This document shows positions 27,363 through 38,426 of a DNA stretch of 64,000 nt, piece by piece. The translations under genes were made by a program, and so were the position numbers. Under the pieces are notes generated by a model. It did not search any database. It saw only the letters and a list, made by a program, of their open reading frames with translations, and had not been told where the DNA came from. Source of the DNA: an uncultured Actinomycetes bacterium (GTDB taxonomy: Bacteria > Actinomycetota > Thermoleophilia > Gaiellales > Gaiellaceae); the NCBI GenBank assembly GCA_963712915.1, contig CAVQJQ010000005.1, positions 178,859-242,858 on the forward strand, in the 5' to 3' direction. The number at the start of each line of letters is the position of its first letter. Positions within the stretch are counted from its first letter, which is position 1.

Positions 27363-29794
27363 ATGGAAAGCCTCTACGACCCCACGGGCGTCGAGCGGCG
27401 CTGGCAGGAGACGTGGGAGGCGGAGGGCCTCTACGCGGCCGGCGCGGGGCGCCGCCGCGACGAGACGTTCGTGATCTGTGTCCCGCCTCCGAACGTCACC
27501 GGGGACCTGCACATGGGGCACGCGCTGAACGGCGCGATCCAGGACGTGCTCGTCCGCTGGCACCGGATGCAGGGCTTCGACACGCTCTGGCAGCCCGGCT
27601 ACGACCACGCCGGCATCTCGACCCAGAACGTCGTCGAGAAACAGCTCGTGACCGAGGGCACGTCGCGCCAGGAGCTCGGTCGCGAGGCGTTCGTGGCGCG
27701 CACGTGGGACTGGCTCGAGCGGACCGGCATGACGATCATGGGCCAGTACCGTCGGCTCGGCGCGTCCCTCGACTACTCGCGCGAGCGGTTCACGATGGAC
27801 GACGCGTACGTCGAGGCCGTGATGACGTTCTTCGTCCGGCTCTGGGAGCGCGGCTGGGTCTACCGGGCGAACCGCATCGTGAACTGGTGCCCGTTCCACG
27901 AGACCGCGATCTCCGACCTCGAGGTCGAGCACGTCGAGCTGGACGACACGCTGTACCGGATCCTCTACCCGTTCGCCGACGGCGGCACCGCGGGCGGCGC
28001 CCCGGGCCTCACGATCGCGACCGTGCGTCCGCCGACGCTGCTCGGTGACGTCGCCGTCGCGGTGCATCCCGACGATCCGCGCTACGTCGAGGCGATCGGG
28101 CGAGAGGTCGTCGTGCCGGTCGTGGAGCGCCGTGTCCCGGTGATCGCGGACGCTCGCGTCGACCCGGAGTTCGGCACCGGCGCGGTCAAGATCACCCCCG
28201 GGCACGATCCGCTCGACTTCGAGATCGGCCGCGACCACGGGCTCGAGACCCTGACCGTGATCGGCACCGACGGCCGCATGGTCGCAGAGGGCTTCGAGGG
28301 ACTCACGCAGGAAGAGGCGAACGAGCGGATCCTGGCGTGGCTCGAGGAGCGTGGACAGCTCGAGCGACGCGATCCGTACCGCCACGCGGTCGGCACGTGC
28401 GAGCGCTGCCACACGCGCATCGAGCCGCTCGTCTCACCGCAATGGTGGTGCCGGATGGACGAGCTCGCCCGACCGGCGATCGAGGCTCTGCGCGACCGGC
28501 AGGTGCGGTTCCACCCCGAGAGCCAGCACCGGTTCGCGATCGAGTCGCTCGAGCAGGCGCCCGACTGGTGCATCTCGCGCCAGCTGTGGTGGGGGCACCA
28601 GATCCCGGTGTGGACGTGCGGCGACGGGCACCAGATCTCGGCCTGGCCGCCGCCCACCGCATGCCCGGAGTGCGGCGCCGACGGCCTCACGCGCGACCCG
28701 GACGTGCTCGACACGTGGTTCAGCTCGGCGCTGTGGCCGCTCGCGACGCTCGGCTGGCCCGCCGAGACCGCCGAGCTCGCGCGCTACTACCCGGGCGACG
28801 TCAACGTGACCGCCCGCGAGATCATCCGCCTCTGGGAGAACCGGATGATCTTCGCCGGGCTCTTCCTGCGCGGCGAGATCCCGTTCACCGACGTGATCAT
28901 CACGTCGACGATCCTCGCGGCGGACGGGCGGCGGATGTCCAAGAGCCTCGGCACCGGTGTCGACCCGATGCAGCCGATCGAGGCGCACGGCGCGGACGCG
29001 ACGCGCTACGGGCTCCTCAAGATCTCGTCGACGCAGGACGTGCGCTACGCGATCGGCGCGATCGAGGAGGGGCGCAAGCTGGCGAACAAGCTCTGGAACG
29101 TGTCCCGGCTGATCGTCCAGCAGACGGCCGGCGCCGCGCCGGAGGAGCGCCCCGCCGCGCTCGAGGAGCGCTGGATCCTCGCGCGGCTCGACGCGGCGCG
29201 GGCTGCGGTCGAGGACGCGTGGAGCCGGTTCGACTTCGCCGCCGCGACGAACGTGCTCTACCACCTCACCTTCGACGACTTCTGCGACTGGTACGCGGAG
29301 GCGGTGAAGCCGCGACTCTACGACGGCGACGACGACGCCCGGGCGACCGCCCTCGCGGCGCTCGAGCGCCTCCTCGCGCTCCTCCATCCGCTCATGCCGC
29401 ACGTGACCGAGGAGATCTGGTCGAACCTGCCGGAGCGCGCTGCCCGCCTGGTCGTCTCCGCGTGGCCCGCGCCCCACGCTGCGCTACGCCGGACTCGCTC
29501 ACGGCGCTCGACCGCGTGCAGGAGGCGGCGCGGGTCTTTCGGCGCAGCGGCGTGCGGGTCGAGCTCGAGAGCGACGACGAGCGCCGGGTCTTCGAGGCAG
29601 TCGTGCGGCCCGAGCGGCAGCGGGCCACCGGGGACGTCGATGCGGAGCGGAAGCGGCTGCGAAACGAGATCGCGCGGGCCGAGGGCATGCTCGCGAACGA
29701 GCGGTTCGTGCGGAACGCGCCGCCGGAGGTGGTCGAGAGCGAGCGGGCAAAGCTCGAGCGCTACCGCGGTGAGCTCGCCCTCCTCGGGGGGTAG
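27363..29794 (+). pseudogene. valS: Valine--tRNA ligase, with a -1 frame break near 29475-29490 (essential gene, so most likely a sequencing error)
   Basis: HIGH motif (PPPNVTGDLHMGHAL) and KMSKS motif (RMSKSLGTG) are in the frame of ORF 27363. The canonical C-terminal coiled coil (DSLTALDRVQEAARVFRR...RKRLRNEIARAEGMLANERFVRNAPPEVVESERAKLERYRGELALLGG*) is in the frame of ORF 28337 and ends at 29794. Confidence 0.85.
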
Positions 29795-29798
29795 CGCC

Positions 29799-30884
29799 CT
29801 GGCCGACGACGAGCTCGCCTGGCTCGAGGCGCTCTCGCCGTGGCCGGTGGACGGCTTCGGGCTCGAGCGGATGCGCGCCCTGCTCGCCGAGCTGGGCCGT
29901 CCGCAGGCCGGGCTGCCCGCGGTGCACGTCGTCGGCACGAACGGAAAGTCCACGACGACGCGCATGATCGAGGCGCTGCTGCTCGCCGGCGGCGTGCGCG
30001 CCGGCGCGTACCTCTCGCCCCACGTGCGCGGCTGGGGAGAGCGGATCAGGGTGAACGGGGCGGAGGCCGATCTCGCCTCGGCGCTCCGAGCAGTTCGGCC
30101 CGCGGCCGAGCTGCTGGAGGCGACGCAGTTCGAGGTGCTGACGGCCGCCGCGTTCGTCGCATTCCGCGCCGCCGGCGTCGATGCCGCCGCGATCGAGGCG
30201 GGTCTCGGCGGTCGTCACGACGCGACGAACGTGCTGGACGACACGCGCGTGGTCGTGCTCACGAACGTCTCGCTCGAGCACACGGACGTGCTCGGAACGA
30301 CGCGCGAGGCCATCGCCGGCGAGAAGCTCGCGGTCGTCAAGCCGGGCTGCGCCGTCGTCGTGGGGGAGCGCGAATGGGAGGCCGCTGCGCGCGAGGCCGG
30401 GGCCGGGCTCGTGCACGTCGCCGAGGGAGGCCCCGAGCAGCTCGCGGCCGAGGCGGCGCGCCTCTTCCTCGGCGCCGACGTCGACCTCGCACCGCTCGAG
30501 CGCGTCTCGCTCCCCGGCCGGCTCGAGCGGCGCGGGGCCGAGATCCGGGACGGTGCGCACAATCCCGACGGGGCGCGGTGGCTCGCAGACCGGCTCGGCC
30601 CGGAGCGGTACACGGTGATGGCATCGATCCTCGCGGACAAGGACGTGGAGGGAATGCTCGAGAGCCTCTCGCGGCTGGGCGAGCGCTTCGTCGCCACCGG
30701 CTCGTCCAGCCCGCGGGCGCTTCCCGCCGGTGAGCTCGCGCGCCGCGCACGCCCGTTCTTCGCCGTGGCCGAGGCGCGCGACGATCCCGTCGACGCCCTC
30801 GCGCTCGCCCACGCGCTCGGCGAGCCGGTGCTCGTGACGGGATCGCTGTACCTCCTCGCCGACCTCGAGGCGCGAGGCGCATGA
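29799..30884 (+). CDS. folC: Bifunctional folylpolyglutamate synthase / dihydrofolate synthase
   Basis: LERMRALLAELGRPQAGLPAVHVVGTNGKSTTTRMI, EAGLGGRHDATNV, DGAHNPDG. There is no ATG before the conserved N-terminus, so the start is tentatively CTG 29799, preceded by a GGGGGG run. It lies in the same frame as the 5' part of valS, which creates a spurious 1173-aa ORF. Confidence 0.8.
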   Translation: MADDELAWLEALSPWPVDGFGLERMRALLAELGRPQAGLPAVHVVGTNGKSTTTRMIEALLLAGGVRAGAYLSPHVRGWGERIRVNGAEADLASALRAVRPAAELLEATQFEVLTAAAFVAFRAAGVDAAAIEAGLGGRHDATNVLDDTRVVVLTNVSLEHTDVLGTTREAIAGEKLAVVKPGCAVVVGEREWEAAAREAGAGLVHVAEGGPEQLAAEAARLFLGADVDLAPLERVSLPGRLERRGAEIRDGAHNPDGARWLADRLGPERYTVMASILADKDVEGMLESLSRLGERFVATGSSSPRALPAGELARRARPFFAVAEARDDPVDALALAHALGEPVLVTGSLYLLADLEARGA

Positions 30885-31000
30885 GGCCGAGGCGCATGCG
30901 CGAGCGGCTGGCGGTGTTCGGCTTCGCCACGTTCGTGCTGCTCGTGATCGTCGGAGCCGCGTTTGCCGCCGGGTATATCCTCGGCAAGCTCCTCCTCTAG
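30881..31000 (+). CDS. 39-aa single-TM miniprotein
   Basis: ATG 30881 overlaps the folC stop (ATGA). MRPRRMRERLAVFGFATFVLLVIVGAAFAAGYILGKLLL*. The stop TAG is immediately followed by the next ATG. Too short to appear in the ORF track. Confidence 0.45.
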   Translation: MRPRRMRERLAVFGFATFVLLVIVGAAFAAGYILGKLLL

Positions 31001-31510
31001 ATGCTTCCCGTCGCCGACACCTTCGACTCGAGCACGTGGGACGCGGCGCGGAACGTCGCGCTCCTGCTCGGCGTCGTCTTCTGGCTCGCGACCGCCTACT
31101 GGGTGTTCAAGGATGCGCGCCGCCGCATCGAGGATCCGTGGCTGATCGCGATGGCGACGGTGCTCGGTCTCGTGCCGCCGTTCCTCGGCCCGTTGATCTA
31201 CATGCTCTTCCGGCCGCCGGAGTACCTCGAGGACGTCCGGGAACGCGAGCTCGAGATGCTCGCGATGGAGGAGCGCCTCGCCGAGCACGACCTCCGTTGC
31301 CCGGTCTGTCGCGGGCCGGTCGACGCGGCGTTCCTCGTCTGCCCCGTCTGCACGACCCGCCTCAAGCAGGCGTGCACCGAGTGCGCCGCGCCGCTCGAGC
31401 CGATCTGGCAAGTCTGCCCGTACTGCGCGACACCCGTGCCGCCGGGGGTCGTCACGGGCGAGGACGTGCTCCAGCCGGTTCGCCCACGCCGTCCGCGGCG
31501 CTCAGGCTAG
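31001..31510 (+). CDS. Membrane protein with a PLD-N-terminal-like two-TM domain and a C-terminal double zinc ribbon
   Basis: FWLATAYWVFKDARRRIEDPWLIAMATVLGLVPPFLGPLIYMLFRP, then CPVCRGP...CPVCTT...CTECAAP...CPYCAT. Confidence 0.7.
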   Translation: MLPVADTFDSSTWDAARNVALLLGVVFWLATAYWVFKDARRRIEDPWLIAMATVLGLVPPFLGPLIYMLFRPPEYLEDVRERELEMLAMEERLAEHDLRCPVCRGPVDAAFLVCPVCTTRLKQACTECAAPLEPIWQVCPYCATPVPPGVVTGEDVLQPVRPRRPRRSG

Positions 31511-31521
31511 ATTCCCCGGCC

Positions 31522-31941
31522 ATGCCGCTCGAAACGACGCTCGTGCTCGTCAAGCCCGACGGCGTGCGCCGCGCTCTCTGCGGCGAGATCGTCGCACGGC
31601 TCGAGGCGCGCGGCTACGAGCTGCGCGGCGCCCGGCTGCTGCGCGTCACGAAGCCGCTCGCGCGCCGTCACTACGCCGAGCACCGGGGCAAGCCGTTCTT
31701 CTCCGATCTCGTCGACTTCATCTCGTCCGGGCCGGTGCTCGCGCTCGCTGTCCGCGGCGAGGACGCGGTCGGCGGCGTCCGCAGCCTGATGGGCGCGACG
31801 AACCCGAAGGACGCGGCGCCCGGGACGATCCGCGGCGATCTCGCGACGCTGCTGCAGGAGAACGTCGTACACGGCTCCGACTCCCGCGCGAGCGCGCGGC
31901 GCGAGCTCCGGCTCTTCTTCCCGGACGGCCTCCTCCCGTAG
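31522..31941 (+). CDS. ndk: Nucleoside-diphosphate kinase
   Basis: MPLETTLVLVKPDGV...HYAEHRGKPFF...GATNP...GTIRGD...NVVHGSDS (active-site His). Confidence 0.95.
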   Translation: MPLETTLVLVKPDGVRRALCGEIVARLEARGYELRGARLLRVTKPLARRHYAEHRGKPFFSDLVDFISSGPVLALAVRGEDAVGGVRSLMGATNPKDAAPGTIRGDLATLLQENVVHGSDSRASARRELRLFFPDGLLP

Positions 31942-32505
31942 TGCCGCTCGTCCTCGCGTCGACGTCGCCGCAGCGTCGCGCGATCCTGGAGCAGCTCCGG
32001 ATCCCCTTCGAGGCCGTCGCTCCGGACTACGAGGAGCACGACCCACCGGACGCCGACCCGGTCGCGCTCGTCCGCGACCATGCGGCGGGCAAGGCCCGCT
32101 CGGTGCACCGCCCGGGACGGGTGACGGTCGGCGTCGACACGACCGTGCACCTGGACGGCCGGGTGTACGGCAAGCCCGCGGACGCGGCCGACGCCACCGC
32201 GATGCTGGGCGAGCTCGCGGGACGGACGCACACGGTGCTCTCCGGCGTCTGCGTGCTCACGGACGACGCCGAGCGAATCGACCACGCGGAGACGCTCGTC
32301 ACGTTCCGGGCGCTGGCGCACGGGCGCGGTCGCGCGGTACGTCGCGAGCGGCGAATGGGAGGGCCGCGCCGGCGGCTACGCGATCCAGGGGCTCGGTGGA
32401 CGGCTCGTCGAGCGAATCGAGGGCGACTACCTGAACGTCGTCGGCCTCCCGGGCGCGCTGCTCCTGGAGATCCTCGAGGCGGACGCCCCGGAGCTCCTCC
32501 GCTAG
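31941..32505 (+). pseudogene. maf: Maf-like nucleoside-triphosphate pyrophosphatase, with a +1 frame break at about 32319 (possible sequencing error)
   Basis: N-terminus VPLVLASTSPQRRAILEQLRIPF...GVDTTV...GKP...VTFRALA is in the frame of ORF 31941. It continues as TGAVARYVASGEWEGRAGGYAIQGLGGRLVERIEGDYLNVVGLPGALLLEIL in the +1 frame and stops at TAG 32503-32505. Confidence 0.8.
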
Positions 32506-32623
32506 ACGGTCGCTGTGAACCTCGTGGGCGGCGTCGGGCCGGTTCCGGGCAAGGTGCGGCAGTAGCACTGCCCGCCGGCACGAACCGGCTGCAAATCGGG
32601 TGGGAGCTACACTCAGCCGACCG

Positions 32624-33676
<1,053 letters not shown>

Positions 33677-33770
33677 GCCGCAAAGCGCCGCGTTCCGGGT
33701 CGCAGCTGCGCCGGTCCGAGTGCCGACGCGTGATCGAGGATCCGCCTGGAGACGCCGGTACACTCCGGCG

Positions 33771-34712
33771 GTGCCCCGGAACCGCACCGCACGCCAGGCG
33801 GTGCTGGGCGCGAGCGTCCGGCGCCCTGCCGTAGTCCGGCCCACCTCACGAACCTCGGCGGCGCTCAGGCGCCGGCTCGTCGTGGGGGGTCTCGTCGTGC
33901 TCGCGCTCGTGCTCGTCACGTTGTCGTTCAGGGAGGACCAGAGCGGTCCCGTCTCGGACGCCCAGACGGCCGCCGCATCGGCGCTGCGCCCCCTGCAGGT
34001 CGCCGCCGACCGGGTCGCGGAGCCGTTCCGCGACGCGTACGGCTGGGGCCGAGGGCTCGTCGACGCCCGCTCGGACGCGGAACGGCTACAGAAGGAGAAC
34101 CAGGAGCTACGGCAGCAGTACGTCCGCGCCCGCCTCGCCGAGCAGGAGAACGCCCGGCTCCGCGCCCTGCTGCAGTTCCGCTCCGGCCCGCGCTTTCCCG
34201 AGGGCTTCGTCGGGGTCGCGGCAGAGGTCATCTACCGGCCGCCGGGCGCGTACGCACAGGCGATCGTGATCGCCGCCGGTCGCGAGGACGGCGTCCGGGT
34301 CGACGACCCGGTCGTCACGGCGAGCGGTCTCGTCGGCACGGTCAGCCGCGTCGGCAGCAACACCGCCCGCGTGACGCTGCTCACGGACGACCAGAGCGCG
34401 GTCTCCGCCACCGTGCTCGGGACGGAGGCGGCGGGCATCGTGCGGCGCGGCCAGGGACCGCGCGCGCCGCTGCAACTCGTCCGCGTGCCCAAGGAGGCCG
34501 TCGTCCACGTCGGTGACACCGTGGTCACCGCGGGCTGGCGCTCCCGGCGGTTCTCGTCGCTCTATCCCCCGGGCATCATGATCGGGCGCGTCACGAGCGT
34601 GGGGCGGACCGACACGGACCTGTTCACCCAGGTGCAGCTCGAGCCGTTCGCCGACCTCGCGTCGCTCGAGGCGGTGCTGGTGCTCGTGCCGTCCGACCGG
34701 GGCACGCCGTGA
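33771..34712 (+). CDS. mreC: Rod-shape-determining protein MreC
   Basis: N-terminal TM helix (LVVGGLVVLALVLVTL), coiled coil (ERLQKENQELRQQYVRARLAEQENARLRALL) and beta-rich C-terminal domain (VVTASGLVGTVSRV...VTLLTD...GDTVVTAG...YPPGIMIGRV). The GTG start is uncertain. Confidence 0.85.
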   Translation: MPRNRTARQAVLGASVRRPAVVRPTSRTSAALRRRLVVGGLVVLALVLVTLSFREDQSGPVSDAQTAAASALRPLQVAADRVAEPFRDAYGWGRGLVDARSDAERLQKENQELRQQYVRARLAEQENARLRALLQFRSGPRFPEGFVGVAAEVIYRPPGAYAQAIVIAAGREDGVRVDDPVVTASGLVGTVSRVGSNTARVTLLTDDQSAVSATVLGTEAAGIVRRGQGPRAPLQLVRVPKEAVVHVGDTVVTAGWRSRRFSSLYPPGIMIGRVTSVGRTDTDLFTQVQLEPFADLASLEAVLVLVPSDRGTP

Positions 34713-35228
34713 CCGTCGCGCTGCGGGTCGCGCCGCTCGTGTTCGTCGCCGCGGTCTTCCAGGTGGGCGCGGTCTCGGGCTCCCGGGTGCTCGGCGCGGA
34801 GCCCGACATCCTGCTCGTCACCCTCGTGCTGCGTGTCGCTCGCGACGGGCTCGATTTCGGGGGCGGTGGCCGGTTTCGCGAGCGGTCTGCTGGTCGGCGT
34901 GATGACACTCGACACGCTCGGGACGGTCTCGATCGTGCTCACGGTGGCCGGGTACTGGGCCGGGCGCTACGGCGAGACCACCGGGCGCGGCCGCCCGTAC
35001 GCGGCGCCGCTCGCAGCGTTCGCGATCACGCTCCTCGTGACACCGGCGTACGTCGCCCTGCATTTCCTGCTCGGCCAGCCCGTCTCGGCCGGCGCGGCCT
35101 TCACGACGCTGATCCCCAGCGCGATCGTCAACGCGGCGCTCGCGTTCGCGCTGTACCCGCTCGTGCGGCGCTTCCTCGCGCCGCGGGACCGCGCCCGCCG
35201 GCGAGCCCGGGAGGTCGAGGTTGTCTGA
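34709..35228 (+). pseudogene. mreD: Rod-shape-determining protein MreD, with a +1 frame break at about 34832 (possible sequencing error)
   Basis: GTG 34709 overlaps the mreC stop (GTGA). The first TM part VALRVAPLVFVAAVFQV...EPDILLVTLVL is in one frame. It continues as VSLATGSISGAVAGFASGLLVGVMTLDTLG... in the frame of ORF 34833. Confidence 0.7.
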
Positions 35229-37231
35229 CGCCCCGTACGGCGAGCGCCGGGCGCCTTCGAGCCGCTTCCTCCCTCCCGACCCCGCGGTCGAGGCGCCGTA
35301 CCGCCTCACCCCGGGCCTCGCGCTTCGTGTCGCGATCCTCGGCGCGCTCGCGCTCGCGATCTTCGCGGTGCTCTTCTTCCGGCTCTGGTCGCTCCAGGTG
35401 CTCTCGGGGGATGCGTACCTCGCGACCGCGCAGGGCAACCAGCTGCGGACGATCCGCATCGATGCGCCGCGCGGCACGATCCTCGACCGCAACGGCAGGG
35501 TGATCGTCGACAACGTGCCGGGCACGGCCGTGAAGCTCTGGGTCGGCGACCTGCCCGCGAAGCGCCGCTACGACGTGATCCGCCGGCTCGGGTGGGTCCT
35601 CAACGTGCGGCCGGTGCAGCTCGCGAAGGAGGTCGACGCGCGGCTCGGCGACCCGCTCGACCCGATCACCGTGAAGACCGCAGTCGGCGAAGACCAGATC
35701 TCGTACCTCTACGAGCACCAGGCCGACTTCCCGGGCGTCCAGATCCAGCAGACGTACCTCCGCCACTACCCGTACCAATCGCTCGGCGCGCAGGTGCTCG
35801 GATACGTCGGCGAGGTCTCCCAGCAGGAGCTCGACGCCCGTCCGAAGCTGTACGCGCCGGGCGACACGGTCGGCAAGACCGGGGTCGAGTCGACGTACGA
35901 CCAGTACCTGCGCGGCCAGGCGGGCGAGGCGCAGCTCCGCGTCGACTCGCTCGGGCGCCCGCGCGGCGCGCTGCAGCCGAAGCTCGAGGCGCGTCCGGGC
36001 AGCGCCGTGCGACTGACGATCGACATCGGGCTGCAGCGCGCCGCCGAGCGCGCCCTCCGCTTCGGGATCCAGACCGCGCGCGCGAACGGCTCGTACAACG
36101 CCGACGGCGGCGCGCTCGTCGCGCTCGACCCACTCGACGGCGCGGTGCTCGCGATGGCGTCCACCCCGACGTACAAGCCGTCCGTCTACGTCGGTCACGT
36201 CGACCCGAAGAAGATCGCGCCGCTCCTGGACGCCGATGTGGCGCGGAAGGAGAACTACCCGGGGATCAACCGTGCGACGAGCGGCGTCTACCCGCCCGGC
36301 TCGACGTGGAAGCCGGTCACTGCCCTGGCCGCGATGCAGGAGCATCTGCTCGAGCCGTACCAGCCGCTCCAGTGCACCCCGAGCGCGACGTACGGGCTCG
36401 ACAAGCAGGAGTTCAAGAACTGGGACCCGTACATCAACCAGCCGATGACGCTGCCGGAGGCGCTCGCCCGGTCGTGCGACACGTACTTCTACCAACTGGG
36501 CTACGAGTTCTACCTCCAGGGCGACAAGGGCCGGTCGCGCATGCAGGAATGGGCGCGGAAGTTCGGCTTCGGCTCCCCGACCGGCTTCGACCTCGGCGGT
36601 GAGCAGAGCGGCCTCGTGCCGACCCCGGCCTGGCGCAAGAAGCACTTCACGAGCGACTGGGACCACGCCTGGAACCCGGGCGACTCGATCCAGCTCGCGA
36701 TCGGCCAGAAGGACATCGCGGTGACGCCGCTGCAGATGGCCCGCTTCTACGCGATGATCGCGAACGGCGGCAAGCTCGTGACCCCGTACGTCGTGGCCCA
36801 GGTCGAGACGCCCGCGGCGCACGGCCAGGCACCCGTCGTGCTGCGTCGCTACACGCCGGCTCCGCCCGAGTCCGTCGGCGTCGACCCCGCCGCGCTGCAG
36901 GTCGTGCGCGACGGCCTCTACCAGGCGACCCACGCGATCGTACGGCACCTCCGCAGGCGTGTTCTCGAGCTTCCCCGTCCCGATCGCCGGCAAGACCGGG
37001 ACCGCGGAGAAGGTCGTGCCGCTCCCCGGCTATCCGCCCGACCATCTCGAGGACCAGTCGTGGTGGTGCGGTTATGGCCCGGCCGAGACCGAGGTCCCGC
37101 GCCTCGTCGTCTGCGCCGTGATCGAGAACGGCGGTCACGGCTCGACCGCGGCTGCGCCCGCCGCGCTCCGCGTGTTCGAGAAGTTCTTCGGGGTGCACGG
37201 CGGCTCCCAGACGCTGGTGAAGACCGACTGA
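35221..37231 (+). pseudogene. mrdA: Penicillin-binding protein 2 (elongasome transpeptidase), with a +1 frame break at about 36937 (possible sequencing error)
   Basis: PRGTILDRNGRVIV, SxxK motif PPGSTWKP. The text ...RDGLYQATHA is in the frame of ORF 35221. It continues as SYGTSAGVFSSFPVPIAGKTGTAEKV...VIENGGHGSTAAAPAALRVFEKFF* in the frame of ORF 36959, which contains the KTGT motif. Confidence 0.85.
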
Positions 37232-37244
37232 TGGGCGGCGAGCG

Positions 37245-38426
37245 GTGATCGTCGACGCGGGACGCGAGCGGATCCCTCTGCGGAGCCGCGACAGCGTCGA
37301 CCTCGGCGCGCTCGCGCGGCGCCTCGACCTCGTGTTGCTGCTCGCCGCAGGCGCGCTCGTTGGCTACGGCCTATGGGCCGTCTCCGGCATCACGCGGTTC
37401 GACGTGCCAGGCGATCCGAGCTACTACGTCGTCCGGCAGGCGATCTCGGCCGGGCTCGGCGCGGTGGGGCTCGTCCTCGCGATCGCGATCCCGCCGGCCA
37501 TCTACCGTCGGCACTGGCGGCTCGTCTACGGCACCGCGCTCGTGCTCATGGTGGTCGTCTACGCGTTCGCCGAGGCGGTGCGCGGCTCGAAGCGGTGGAT
37601 CGACGTCGGGCCGATCCAGTTCCAGCCCTCCGAGTTCGGCAAGCTCCTCTTCGTGCTTGCGATCGCGGGATTTCTCGCCGAGCACCAGCGTGAGCTCGGG
37701 CTGATGCGTACCGTGCTCCGGGCGATCGCGCTCGGCGTCGTCCCGATGCTGCTCGTGTTCCTTCAGCCCGACCTCGGCACCGCGCTCGTGTACATCGCCG
37801 CCCTGGCCGCGGTGCTGTTCGTCGCCGGCGTGCGCTGGCTCCACCTCGCGGCGCTCCTGGTCCTCACCGTGACGCTCGTGGCGAGCGTCGTCTGGCTGCT
37901 CCCGTCGGCAGGCGTCGAGGTGCTCAAGCCGTACCAGACCGCGCGACTCACCGGCTTCACCAACCCCGATGCGGACCCGAGCGGACTGACCTACAACCTG
38001 AACCAGTCGATCACCGCGGTCGGTGCAGGCGGGATCGACGGCCGGGGCGTCACCGAGGCGAGCCAGACGCGCTTCGACTACCTCCCGGAGCACGCCACCG
38101 ACTTCGTCTTCGCGTCGTTCGCCGAGCAACGCGGCTTCTTCGGCGCGGCGATCCTCTTGCTGCTCTATCTGCTCGTCGTCTGGCGAGGGCTCCGGGTGGT
38201 CACGGTCGCGGGTGATCTCTACGGGGCGATGGTCGCCGGCGGCATCGTGTTCGCGTTTCTCTTCCAGGTGTTCGTCAACGTGGGCATGACGATGGGCATC
38301 GCGCCGGTCACGGGGATCCCGCTGCCGTTCGTCACGGTCGGCGGATCCTCGATGGTCGCGAACCTCGTCGCGATCGGCGTCCTCCAGGCGATCCACGCCC
38401 GGGGGCGACCGGACGCGTTCCGGTGA
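37245..38426 (+). CDS. rodA: SEDS-family peptidoglycan polymerase RodA
   Basis: 393 aa, about 10 TM helices. QPSEFGKLLFVL, LQPDLGTAL, DFVFASFAEQRGF, TGIPLPFVTVGGSSM. Located next to mrdA. Confidence 0.9.
   Translation: MIVDAGRERIPLRSRDSVDLGALARRLDLVLLLAAGALVGYGLWAVSGITRFDVPGDPSYYVVRQAISAGLGAVGLVLAIAIPPAIYRRHWRLVYGTALVLMVVVYAFAEAVRGSKRWIDVGPIQFQPSEFGKLLFVLAIAGFLAEHQRELGLMRTVLRAIALGVVPMLLVFLQPDLGTALVYIAALAAVLFVAGVRWLHLAALLVLTVTLVASVVWLLPSAGVEVLKPYQTARLTGFTNPDADPSGLTYNLNQSITAVGAGGIDGRGVTEASQTRFDYLPEHATDFVFASFAEQRGFFGAAILLLLYLLVVWRGLRVVTVAGDLYGAMVAGGIVFAFLFQVFVNVGMTMGIAPVTGIPLPFVTVGGSSMVANLVAIGVLQAIHARGRPDAFR

Noticed and set aside
27363-30884. Apparent ValS-FolC fusion protein (1173 aa)
   Set aside because: The linker is about 110 residues of compositional junk. 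The real ValS C-terminus, with its own stop at 29794, is in another frame. The fusion is a by-product of a single-base frame break plus the chance co-framing of folC.
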